Origin: an uncultured Desulfobacteraceae bacterium
GTDB lineage: Bacteria; Desulfobacterota; Desulfobacteria; Desulfobacterales; UBA5616
Length of the DNA stretch: 64,000 nt
Reading direction: 5' to 3'
Assembly (NCBI GenBank): GCA_964386565.1
Contig: CAYLRU010000007.1
Coordinates: forward strand, 39,504 to 103,503
The notes beneath the pieces were generated by a model, which worked only from the letters and a program-made list of their open reading frames with translations, was not told where the DNA came from and searched no databases. This document shows positions 55,972 through 64,000 of the stretch, one piece after another; position 1 is the stretch's first letter; each line of letters starts with the position of its first letter. The position numbers were made by a program, and so were the translations under genes.

Positions 55972-56790
55972 ATGAGAAACCAATGGATCGACGAAAAGAG
56001 CTTTGAAATTAAAGAAGAACCGTTCTACCTGCCCCAGGCCGGTGAAACACAACTGTTTGAAGCAGCATATAAAAACAAGCTTCCGGTGATGCTCAAGGGC
56101 CCCACCGGAAGCGGCAAAACCCGGCTGGTGGAACATATGGCGTGGAAGTTAAAGCGTCCTCTGTATACGGTGGCCTGCCATGACGATTTAAGTGCCAACG
56201 ATCTGGTGGGACGGTATATCATAACGGGAGATGAAGTGGAGTGGATTGACGGGCCCCTGCTTATGGCCATAAAAAACGGCGGTATCGTTTATCTGGATGA
56301 AATCGTGGAAGCCAGAAAAGACACCACCGTCGTCATTCATCCGCTGGCGGACCATCGCCGGTATCTGCCCGTTGAAAAACTGGGAAGAATATTCACCGCC
56401 CGGGACGAATTCATGCTGGTCATCAGTTACAATCCAAACTATCAGAGTGTCGTCAAAGAACTAAAACCCAGTACACGACAACGATTTGTGACCATTGATT
56501 TAACCTGGCCCGAAGAAGAGCTCGAGACCCGGATCGTACTCCAGGAAACCGGGGTTGACCGGAAAACCGCCGAGAACCTGGTAAAATCCGCCAATAAAAT
56601 CAGGAACCTCGTGCATCAGGGGCTGGAAGAAGGTGTCTCAACCCGCGAGCTGGTCTATGCCGGAATGCTTTTAAAAAGCGGGGTTCCGGCAAAAGACGCC
56701 CTTCATTCCACCCTGGTGGAGTCCCTGACGCATGACACGGATCTCAAGGAGGGCATCACAGAAGTTCTGAAAAACTACTTTTATTTTTAA
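55972..56790 (+). CDS. CbbQ/NirQ/NorQ-type MoxR AAA+ ATPase
   Basis: Walker A GPTGSGKT (aa 43-50), Walker B VYLDEI. Also HPLADHR and VISYNP, with a CbbQ-like C-terminus. Confidence 0.9.
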   Translation: MRNQWIDEKSFEIKEEPFYLPQAGETQLFEAAYKNKLPVMLKGPTGSGKTRLVEHMAWKLKRPLYTVACHDDLSANDLVGRYIITGDEVEWIDGPLLMAIKNGGIVYLDEIVEARKDTTVVIHPLADHRRYLPVEKLGRIFTARDEFMLVISYNPNYQSVVKELKPSTRQRFVTIDLTWPEEELETRIVLQETGVDRKTAENLVKSANKIRNLVHQGLEEGVSTRELVYAGMLLKSGVPAKDALHSTLVESLTHDTDLKEGITEVLKNYFYF

Positions 56791-56880
56791 TGCCCATAAT
56801 GATGAATTCGTACAAAGCCGAATTTATCAAGTTTTACGCGTTAAGATAAAAATATAATAAAATACCGGATACTTAAAACT

Positions 56881-56913
56881 CTCGTAAAAAGTTGTTTGCC
56901 AACTTTTTACGAG
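56881..56913. other. Perfect 14-bp inverted repeat (intercistronic hairpin)
   Basis: CTCGTAAAAAGTTG-TTTGC-CAACTTTTTACGAG. The loop contains the TTG that the ORF track uses as the start of the next gene. Confidence 0.6.
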
Positions 56914-58284
56914 ACCGTCAACAATATCATGGGCCAAAAACCAACCCTGAACAGCAAGACAACGGCTGATACGGAAAAATTCTTAACCAGGGACGACATA
57001 AACACCATTTTAGACGATCTCATGGTCTCGGTTTCTCCCCCTCTTTCCCGGCATGGGCGTGATATTCCCGGAAAAGTGAGGGCCCTGGGCAGTAAGATCT
57101 CCCGCTACAGTTGGAGAACAGCCGCGGGTATGATCGAGTGCAGCCCCGGCATTGTCGACCGGGTGGGCTTCGACGGTCTTGAAAGGATTTCCCGGACCGG
57201 CATACGCCTTTCCCGGAACTGCTGGGTTACGGCGGTGGAAATGTTTAAAAACAGCGCCTGCCTGATTGACCTTCTCATGCTGTTGGGTGACCGGGACCTG
57301 GTAATAAACGTATACGGCTTAAGCGAACGCCTGTGCCCCTACAGTTGGAAAACAGCCGCCCGAATGCTGGACAGCAGTCCGTCGATCATCCGACGGGTGG
57401 GTATTGAAGGACTTTATAAAATTACGGAAATGGGCATGCGAATCGCACCGGCCTGCTGGCTGACGGCGATGGGTAATTTTGAAAAAAGTCCCCAACTCCT
57501 TGACAGGCTCATGGCATACGGTGACAAGGAATTTGTTATGGATGTTTTGAACATCGGGGTGGAAATTTCTCAATACAGTTGGCAGATGGCCGTCTGTCTG
57601 CTGGAACACAGCCCGACACTCATCGATCGAATCGGCTACCCGGGCCTTGAAAAAATCGCCGGCTTCGGTGGCAAGATCGCACGCCACAGTTGGCTTTGCG
57701 CCGTCGAGATGATCGAGAAAAGCCCGGTTCTGATTGATGAAATACTGGCAATCGGGGATGCATCACTGGTCATTGATATCTATGACCGATGCAACAGGGC
57801 GGCTGATCAGTGCTGGCGAACCGCCGTTCACCTGCTTGAGAAAAGCCCCGCACTCATCGACCGTGTGGGATACGACGGGTTTGAAATGGTTGCCCAAAAG
57901 GCTTGCGAACTGACAAAAATCAAGCATGATCGGGCCATATCCTTCATTAACGGGGAATCCGCGGAAGGATCGTCCTTTATGGAGGCCATCACCGAAAGCC
58001 TGGAACTTTCCACGGTAAAACCCATACTTGCCAACTATCTCAATGCGCTGTTGCGCTATCGCATTGAAATCGCCGGATCCGTGGGGCACGCCACCGACGG
58101 CAGAAAAATTTTTCTTCCCGAACGGCTGAACGATTTTAAAGAAAAAGAGAAAAACTTTCTGCTTTATAAAATATTTGCCACCCATGAAGAAGCCCACCTG
58201 GAATACGGCAGTTTTGATTTCTCCCTTTCAGAAATTCCGAATGTGGTTGATAAAATAACCTCCCGGTACGGAAAACGCGAATGA
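56896..58284 (+). CDS. Repeat-rich protein resembling the N-terminal half of NorD/CbbO
   Basis: Seven helical repeats with W-x-x-A...SP-x-[LI]-[LI]-D, then a THEEAHLEYG segment. An ATGA overlap joins it to the VWA gene. The start is uncertain (TTG 56896 or ATG 56929). Confidence 0.6.
   Translation: MPTFYETVNNIMGQKPTLNSKTTADTEKFLTRDDINTILDDLMVSVSPPLSRHGRDIPGKVRALGSKISRYSWRTAAGMIECSPGIVDRVGFDGLERISRTGIRLSRNCWVTAVEMFKNSACLIDLLMLLGDRDLVINVYGLSERLCPYSWKTAARMLDSSPSIIRRVGIEGLYKITEMGMRIAPACWLTAMGNFEKSPQLLDRLMAYGDKEFVMDVLNIGVEISQYSWQMAVCLLEHSPTLIDRIGYPGLEKIAGFGGKIARHSWLCAVEMIEKSPVLIDEILAIGDASLVIDIYDRCNRAADQCWRTAVHLLEKSPALIDRVGYDGFEMVAQKACELTKIKHDRAISFINGESAEGSSFMEAITESLELSTVKPILANYLNALLRYRIEIAGSVGHATDGRKIFLPERLNDFKEKEKNFLLYKIFATHEEAHLEYGSFDFSLSEIPNVVDKITSRYGKRE
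57082..57900 (+). repeat. In-frame tandem protein repeats (7 units, alternating 37 and 41 aa)
   Basis: The conserved Trp falls at aa 73, 110, 151, 188, 229, 266 and 307, giving spacings of 37, 41, 37, 41, 37, 41. Confidence 0.8.
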
Positions 58285-60014
58285 ACGTCTGCAGCGACAT
58301 TGACAGGTTTTTCAATCTCTTTCCCGAACCGGAATTGGCAAGGGATCTCTTTAATATTTTAGAAGACTTCCGGATTGAATCGCGGCTGAAAGAGGAATAC
58401 CCTGTCCTGGGAGATCAAATCACCGATATCAACCGGTTCATGCTGAATAAAAGACCGGCACTGGACGACATGGCCGGTGACAAACAGCGGGCTGTTGAAA
58501 TTATCGGCCAGTGGCTGATCTCCGGGAAAACGAAAGAAAAGGTCCCCTCCCGCCTGACAGAAACGTTTGAATTTGCCTGCGCCGTGACAAAAACACTGAA
58601 AAACCCCCGATCGGACATTCACGATGTGGCCGGAATCGTTTCAGAACTATATTTTCATATAGATGACACCTTTGTCAAAGATGTATATCGACCGGTTCTC
58701 CCGTTTTCCGCATTCATAGATCCATCAAAAACAGGCAGTTATTACACTCAACTCGGCGGTATCCCTGAAAATTCCAGGCAAAAACCCGATTATGACCCGG
58801 CTCAAAAAAACAAACCGCCCTTAAACCCCGACGGCGATACCGAGGAAGAAAACATCACGCCGGTAGACGACCCATCGGAGATTCCGGACAACACCCTGTC
58901 AAAACGGAGGGAAAAGACGTTTTATTTTTCAGATCTGCCCGATTTTCAATCAAAAAGCCCGGCCCGCGAGAATAAAGTGCCGGAAAACCAAAAACGGTCA
59001 AAGCGGATTTCATTTGGCGAAGACGGTACAAGACCCGAGGAAAAAGACATTTCCTACATCTCCCCGGACACGTTCAGATCCGATCATTATGTCTCTCCAT
59101 TCAGGTCCTTGACCACAAACGGAAACGAGTTGGCCGCTGTTCCCGGCAGCCACCTGTATCCGGAATGGGGAAACGATATCGAATGCTACCGCGTTAACTG
59201 GGCACGGGTCGTGGAACATCCCTTAACCGGGGGGTTGGATGGATTTTACCAGGCCACCCTTAAAAAATATGCCGGGCTCATTAAAAAGGTCAAACGGGAA
59301 TTCCAAATGCTCAGGCCAGAAAGCCTGACAAAACTCAAACGGCAGGTGGACGGAGAAGAAATTGATCTGGATGCAACGGTTGAATACTTTATCGACAGGA
59401 AACTGGGCATCACGCCTTCTGAGAAAAACTATATCCGCACCAAGAAAAGCAACCGGGATATTGCCGTTGCCTTCCTGATCGACATGAGCGGCAGCACCCG
59501 GGGCGCCACTATTGCTTTTGAAAAGGAGGCGCTGATCATCATGTCCGAGGCACTGTGCGAACTCGGCGATATTTTCTCGATCTACGGCTTTTCCGGTCAT
59601 ACCCGGGAAAAGGTGGATTTTTTTATCATCAAAGATTTTTTAGAACCCTATGATGCAAAAACCGCCCGCAAGATCTCGGCCATCCGGGACCTTCACGGCA
59701 CTCGGATAGGTCCGGCGATCCGTCACACCCACACAAAATTAAATCAACGGGACGAAAAGACTAAAATGCTGATCCTGTTAAGTGACGGCAAACCCGAGGA
59801 TAAGGGATATAATGACGCATATGGCATTGAAGATACACGAATGGCGTTAAAAGAAGGAGCGCAGCAGGGAATCCGTCCGTTTTGCATTACGGTCGATGCC
59901 TCAGCACCTGAATACCTGCACCGGATGTACAGTCATAGCAACTGGGTTGTGTTCAATGACGTGGAAAAGCTCCCCTGGAAAATCACCCGTATTTACAGGC
60001 GACTGACCACCTGA
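58281..60014 (+). CDS. NorD/CbbO-like VWA domain protein (C-terminal half)
   Basis: The C-terminal VWA domain has the MIDAS motif LIDMSGSTRG ... LLSDGKPED. It lies downstream of the NorQ-like ATPase. Confidence 0.85.
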   Translation: MNVCSDIDRFFNLFPEPELARDLFNILEDFRIESRLKEEYPVLGDQITDINRFMLNKRPALDDMAGDKQRAVEIIGQWLISGKTKEKVPSRLTETFEFACAVTKTLKNPRSDIHDVAGIVSELYFHIDDTFVKDVYRPVLPFSAFIDPSKTGSYYTQLGGIPENSRQKPDYDPAQKNKPPLNPDGDTEEENITPVDDPSEIPDNTLSKRREKTFYFSDLPDFQSKSPARENKVPENQKRSKRISFGEDGTRPEEKDISYISPDTFRSDHYVSPFRSLTTNGNELAAVPGSHLYPEWGNDIECYRVNWARVVEHPLTGGLDGFYQATLKKYAGLIKKVKREFQMLRPESLTKLKRQVDGEEIDLDATVEYFIDRKLGITPSEKNYIRTKKSNRDIAVAFLIDMSGSTRGATIAFEKEALIIMSEALCELGDIFSIYGFSGHTREKVDFFIIKDFLEPYDAKTARKISAIRDLHGTRIGPAIRHTHTKLNQRDEKTKMLILLSDGKPEDKGYNDAYGIEDTRMALKEGAQQGIRPFCITVDASAPEYLHRMYSHSNWVVFNDVEKLPWKITRIYRRLTT

Positions 60015-60055
60015 AACATGAATCCTTCAAAATTTGCGGGAAAACAGCATGGAAA

Positions 60056-60191
60056 CTGTTTCAAAACCTTCAATCGGGTTTCAGATCAAGACGGGCCGCG
60101 TTGTTTAGCCACAGGAATAATACTCATATTTTGAGGATTGAACGCCCCGGCCAAACGCAGAGATTGAGCGTGATGGGTGGTTTTCAAACAG
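60056..60191. repeat. Intergenic repeat element, family A, complete copy in inverted orientation (A2)
   Basis: CTGTTTCAAAACCTTCAATCGGGTTTCAGATCAAG...CATATTTTGAGGATTGAACG...CAGAGATTGAGCG...TTTTCAAACAG. By eye it aligns along its whole length with the reverse complement of 7648..7779. Confidence 0.7.
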
Positions 60192-60194
60192 ACC

Positions 60195-60491
60195 CTATTC
60201 CGCAAACCCGTAGTGAAACATCTCATACTCCGTATTTCCCCCAAGCAGTTCATCGATCTCATGCTGAACTGCCTGGCGTTCCTTGCTTAACAGCCATTTT
60301 TCCCAGTCATCGGAAGATTTCCAGTTGCTGATCACGAGATAAATGTTCGGACGATCAAGGCTTTTTAAGGTTTCACCCGAAATATATCCCTGTTGCACCG
60401 TGGCGAGGGATCTCATTTTTCTGAACAGGGGAATTATCTCTTTGGCTTTTCCTTCGGGAACAACGCGTTTGATAAGGACTTTTACCGCCAT
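60195..60491 (-). CDS. Antibiotic-biosynthesis-monooxygenase (ABM)-fold protein
   Basis: Start at MAVKVLIKR after a GGGGGTGG RBS. It is about 98 aa with a ferredoxin-like pattern (YLVISNWKSSDDWEKW). Confidence 0.7.
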   Translation of the reverse strand: MAVKVLIKRVVPEGKAKEIIPLFRKMRSLATVQQGYISGETLKSLDRPNIYLVISNWKSSDDWEKWLLSKERQAVQHEIDELLGGNTEYEMFHYGFAE

Positions 60492-60666
60492 ATCCACCCC
60501 CTTTTGTTTGAATGTTGATTTCACAAGGTAAAAATCTTCTGGCTTTTTATGCCCGTATCTTCCACGATGAACGATAAACCGGTGACAATTTGTATGGCAT
60601 GGATGTAAAAAATTATTTTATGTTAAACAACATGCAAAATATTGTCAAAATAAAACCCTGTAAGTG

Positions 60667-60716
60667 CTCTCAAAATCTTCCCCCTGGCTCAATCTCCGTG
60701 TCGGGCCGGATCAACC
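60667..60716. repeat. Intergenic repeat element, family A, half copy overlapping a gene 3' end (A5)
   Basis: CTCTCAAAATCTTCCCCCTGGCTCAATCTCCGTGTCGGGCCGGATCAACC. Confidence 0.45.
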
Positions 60717-61816
60717 GTATAAATGAATTCGCAGACAACCAGGCATTCAAGCCCGAAGGGAAGATATCCGGCATATCCCAGAACGGGCATTTCAAATATG
60801 CAAAACCGTTGAACAAAGGGAATGGCATACTCCCATTTGCCCAAACTGTTGATGTTCCACATTTCCCAGAAAAACCCGCATATCAGGGCCGCAACCGGGC
60901 CGAGAACGATTTTTCGCCAATTCCCCTGCATCATCTCCGAGAATATATGTTTCTCCCTGAATAGGGATTGCAGGGATGTGATGATCAGCAGCGGTGAAAC
61001 CCACAGCAACGGAAAAAGAAAATCAGGTACCACGCCGACAAGGGCAAGCCCGATTCCGGAGATGAACAGGATAACCAGGGACAGCCATGGATCCTCCGGC
61101 AGCTTCAGTGACCGAAACCGGAACGGACGTTCATCCGAGTCGGTAAACGAAACCAGATACCAGTAGGTCCCATACACCGCCGGCAATACCGTGGAGAAGG
61201 ACAGGGACGCAAACATCACATACTGTGCCGCATTGTAATGATCGACACCCAGGTAAACCCAGTTCTGCACAAACCGGTTCAAATATTCGAAAAACCACCA
61301 GAAAATCGAACTCGCCGGGAAAAGCAGCAGGAACCGAAGGGGAAATTCCGTCAAGGCACAGGTACCGATGCGCCTGAAACACAGCCCATTGACAAACAGG
61401 ATATATCCGATCCATAACGGGACAAATGTGTGATGCTGAATAAAAGCCGCCCATTCAAAACGGGTCCAGGCGACAACCCAACCGCAAACAATGGACAAAA
61501 CACCTATCCATCCCCACCATGGAAAAGATGCGGCAGGCTTCGTCTTGACCTTTATCCCGCCGTTTCGTATAAAATGGATCAACGCCCGGCCCAGTAACAG
61601 GAAGAGCACCAGATCCACAAGTCCGATGGCGGCAAATACCGGCCATGAAAAGCCGGCATGCGGCACGTAGCGCGTCAAAGGCGGAAACTCAAGGAACCGG
61701 CGAAAATCCATCCCCGCCAGGACAACGCCGATCATGGGCAGACACACCAGCATGGCCGACATGATGCCGAATTTAAGGAGCGCGGAAAAGAATGGGGTGG
61801 CACGACGATTTTTCAC
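60689..61816 (-). CDS. Polytopic membrane protein of unknown function (about 9-10 TM)
   Basis: Hydrophobic segments run throughout the protein. Aromatic-rich blocks include FPWWGWIGV and IFWWFFEYLNRF. I do not recognise a family. Confidence 0.7.
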   Translation of the reverse strand: MKNRRATPFFSALLKFGIMSAMLVCLPMIGVVLAGMDFRRFLEFPPLTRYVPHAGFSWPVFAAIGLVDLVLFLLLGRALIHFIRNGGIKVKTKPAASFPWWGWIGVLSIVCGWVVAWTRFEWAAFIQHHTFVPLWIGYILFVNGLCFRRIGTCALTEFPLRFLLLFPASSIFWWFFEYLNRFVQNWVYLGVDHYNAAQYVMFASLSFSTVLPAVYGTYWYLVSFTDSDERPFRFRSLKLPEDPWLSLVILFISGIGLALVGVVPDFLFPLLWVSPLLIITSLQSLFREKHIFSEMMQGNWRKIVLGPVAALICGFFWEMWNINSLGKWEYAIPFVQRFCIFEMPVLGYAGYLPFGLECLVVCEFIYTVDPARHGD

Positions 61817-61904
61817 TTTGGCGTCTCTCTCTGTTTTGATATTGCCAAACAGGCACGATACGCCAATTTAGCGTCATAATCAGATTATTATCAAACGTAT
61901 TATC

Positions 61905-62561
61905 ATGCTGACAAAAGAAGAAATCAACCGAAAACTGTTGCACCTCCTCGCCCTGCTCATGCCCGTGGGTATTTTCTATATTCCTGAATTAACCCGATTC
62001 TCAAAGTGGACAGCGCCATTCATACTGGCGGGATTGTTTCTGGTGTCCGCCCTGGCTGAAAAGTTAAGACTGACCCATCCCGTGATCCAGAAAGTATATA
62101 TCACCTGTTTCGGCGCATTGATGAGACGGGACGAAATCAAAAAGACAACGGGCGCCACTTATATCATCGGTGGTGCATGGCTGTGTTCCATGGTGTTTGT
62201 CGATTCACCGCACATTTCGTTTATCACGCTGATCCTGTTCATCTTGGGCGATGCTGCCGCAGCCCTGGTGGGGCTGAGCATGGGCCGCACCCGGTTCCTG
62301 GGCAAATCCATGGAAGGGTCCCTGGCGTGTTTCGGATTGTGCATGACCCTTTTTGCGGTTTTGTTTCCCAATGTGCCGCTGTTGATGAATCATTGGGATG
62401 GCGGCGCCGTCCCCTTCCCGATTATGATCGCCACATCCCTGGCCGTCACTATTCTGGAGTTGATCCCGATAAAAATAACAAAAAAATACACGCTCAACGA
62501 CAACCTCTATGTGCCGGTTTTTGCCGGGGTGGTCATGAAACTGCTGCAAGAAATTTTGTAG
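61905..62561 (+). CDS. CTP-dependent polyprenol/phytol/diacylglycerol kinase family protein (CTP_transf_1; SEC59/VTE5-like)
   Basis: Blocks NRKLLHLLALL and ILGDAAAALVGLSMGRTRFLGKSMEGSLACF. Confidence 0.7.
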   Translation: MLTKEEINRKLLHLLALLMPVGIFYIPELTRFSKWTAPFILAGLFLVSALAEKLRLTHPVIQKVYITCFGALMRRDEIKKTTGATYIIGGAWLCSMVFVDSPHISFITLILFILGDAAAALVGLSMGRTRFLGKSMEGSLACFGLCMTLFAVLFPNVPLLMNHWDGGAVPFPIMIATSLAVTILELIPIKITKKYTLNDNLYVPVFAGVVMKLLQEIL

Positions 62562-62630
62562 AAGCGGTTTCAAAACCTCGCCAGGCTCACGGGAAAGGCA
62601 GCGATTCCCCCCTGGTGGCCGGATTCTGTT

Positions 62631-63065
62631 TTATGCCAGCAGGATCTTCAGGTGCCTTCCTGCATCCTTAAAGCCGTGTTTCAGGCAAACCGGATAACCC
62701 GATTCACTGGGTTTGTTTACGATAAGTTCGCGGCATCCCCGTGAAGATACTTCATCAATGGCGGCCTTTAAGAGCTTTCCCCCGATTCCCTTTCCCCTGC
62801 CCTTCTCATCAACGATGAACTCTTCTATTGAAGCATAGATGCCGCTGCACCGAAGGGCCGTGGGGTAAGACAACGTCAGGACGCCAAGCACATCTTCGCC
62901 ATCCACGGCTACCAGTATGGTCCCGATGTTAAAATCGTGAACAATTTTCCGAAACGTTTTTGCGCTTGCATCAAAATCCCATTGTTCGGCCCCTGCTTCG
63001 GGAAACTGTTTCAACAGCGCCATGACCTTTTGTTCTTCTTCGATTTTTACATATCGTATGTCCAT
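62631..63065 (-). CDS. GNAT family N-acetyltransferase
   Basis: Start at MDIRYVKIEE after an AGAGGA RBS. The acetyl-CoA motif is VDEKGRGKGIGGKLLKAA. Confidence 0.85.
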   Translation of the reverse strand: MDIRYVKIEEEQKVMALLKQFPEAGAEQWDFDASAKTFRKIVHDFNIGTILVAVDGEDVLGVLTLSYPTALRCSGIYASIEEFIVDEKGRGKGIGGKLLKAAIDEVSSRGCRELIVNKPSESGYPVCLKHGFKDAGRHLKILLA

Positions 63066-63316
63066 CCTGGGTATCCTCTTTACGATGGTTACGGGTGGGG
63101 AAACGCCTGAATTTAAATTCGCGCCTTTACGTTCATGTTTATCATACCGTTGCACTCTTTTTCAAAACTATTTTTTCGAAGTCCTTTTTAGTTCTCTCGT
63201 TGCTTTACGGATCTGCCCCTGATCCCGGCGTAAAAATCATTGCCAAATCAATCCGTATCGTTATATGCAATAAATCCTGTTTTAATTGCACGTTCAGTTT
63301 TATATGTAGCGTAGTG

Positions 63317-63450
63317 CCCGTCCGGAAAAGGCATCTTTTGGCCCGGAGCTGCGTTTTCGCTCTTTTGAAATCCTCGAACAGCGCTCTGTTCCCGCGGTTT
63401 CCAAATCGCTCAGGCCTTGCTCTGAATCAAAATCTGCAATTTCCGGACGG
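63317..63450. repeat. Intergenic repeat element, family B, copy B2
   Basis: Terminal inverted repeats CCGTCCGGAAA / TTTCCGGACGG, with the internal sequence GGCATCTTTTGGCCCGGAGC...GAAATCCTCGAACAGCGCTCTGTTCC...AAATCGCTCAGGCCTTGCTCTGAATC. Confidence 0.6.
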
Positions 63451-63477
63451 ACAAAAAAATAAATTAAGGAGACCCTT

Positions 63478-64000
63478 ATGGCGGTAAGTTTATCTCTGAT
63501 TATCCTGCTGGGATTGACAGCGGATTATGCGGCAAGGCGAATGAAAATTCCCGGGCTGGTCGGCATGCTTTTCGCCGGTGTGATCTGCGGCCCTTATGTA
63601 TTTGATTTGTTCGCGCCGGAAATGATGGCGGTATCCGGAGATTTCAGGAAAATCGCGCTGATCGTTATCCTGCTTCGGGCCGGATTTGAATTGCACAAAG
63701 ACACCCTGAACCGGGTGGGAAAAACCGCCCTTGCAATGAGCTGTATCCCGGCCGTATTTGAAATTGCCGCCATTGTCCTTATCGCTCCGGTGTTTTTGCC
63801 CGTTTCATACTATGATGCAGCCGTGCTGGGTACGATTCTGAGCGCAGTATCCCCGGCCGTGGTCGTTCCGCTGATGATCGATTTCATGGACCACGGCCGG
63901 GGCGGAAAAAAAGGAATCCCCACCCTGATATTGGCGGCATCTTCCATTGACGATGTTTTTGTCATTGTCTTATTTACCATCCTTGTGGGTATGCACGGCG
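63478..64000 (+). CDS. Cation:proton antiporter (Na+/H+ exchanger family); N-terminal part, continues beyond the window
   Basis: AAGGAGA RBS. My own translation reads MAVSLSLIILLGLTADYAARRMKIPGLVGMLFAGVICGP...ILLRAGFEL...AASSIDDVF. Confidence 0.85.
   Translation, partial: MAVSLSLIILLGLTADYAARRMKIPGLVGMLFAGVICGPYVFDLFAPEMMAVSGDFRKIALIVILLRAGFELHKDTLNRVGKTALAMSCIPAVFEIAAIVLIAPVFLPVSYYDAAVLGTILSAVSPAVVVPLMIDFMDHGRGGKKGIPTLILAASSIDDVFVIVLFTILVGMHG

Noticed and set aside
7648-63450. CRISPR array or tandem-repeat locus as an explanation for the recurring intergenic repeats
   Set aside because: The copies are dispersed singly between genes and lie in both orientations. They are 50-170 bp long, internally palindromic and not regularly spaced. 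No cas genes are present.
1-64000. Prophage, integrative element or classical defence island
   Set aside because: I recognised no integrase, transposase, recombinase, phage structural, restriction-modification, toxin-antitoxin or cas genes. Housekeeping operons are interspersed throughout the window.

Overview
This is a gene-dense 64-kb chromosomal segment with about 58 protein-coding genes. Reading by eye, I found no rRNA, tRNA, CRISPR array, transposase, integrase or phage structural genes. The gene content suggests a strictly anaerobic, Desulfobacterota-like bacterium; this is an inference, not a proof. It rests on an acetyl-CoA-synthase-like gene, ATP-dependent radical CoA-ester enzymes, acyl-CoA dehydrogenase/EtfAB genes and many Fe-S proteins.

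Housekeeping blocks:
- waaA, an ACT-domain gene and an ICL/PEPM-family gene
- a class II aldolase, a NUDIX hydrolase, mazG and cvpA
- phoH, pgpH, ybeY, tsaE and lysC
- pyrF, a long ACAD and etfBA

Most interesting loci:
1. 1319-10332: an HgdAB/BcrBC-family locus. One pair of two different BcrAD/HgdC-type ATPases sits next to two paralogous catalytic heterodimers, a MerR-TetR double-HTH regulator and an acyl-CoA dehydrogenase.
2. Two separate AAA+/VWA chaperone-like pairs with no obvious client. The first (13585-17125) is DjlA plus CobS-like plus CobT-like. The second (55972-60014) is NorQ/CbbQ-like plus a NorD/CbbO-like protein split into two translationally coupled ORFs; the first ORF carries 7 alternating 37/41-aa repeats.
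3. 32360-36860: a glpD-like gene, an alkyl-DHAP-synthase-like flavoprotein (SHHHGIG loop) and a glpK-like gene.
4. 10308-13392: a TPR / DUF4037 (NTase-like) / epimerase / DUF4125 operon of unknown function.
5. 43916-53340: a carboxylate-catabolism-like island. It holds a family III CoA-transferase, a wHTH-ferredoxin protein, two MFS transporters, a benzoylformate-decarboxylase-like ThDP enzyme, an SDR and a URO-D-like protein.
6. 55434-55442: an epimerase gene interrupted by a G9 homopolymer frameshift.
7. At least ten copies of mosaic, hairpin-forming intergenic repeat elements. Several start exactly at stop codons.

All functional calls come from my own recognition of motifs in the translations. 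No database search was run.
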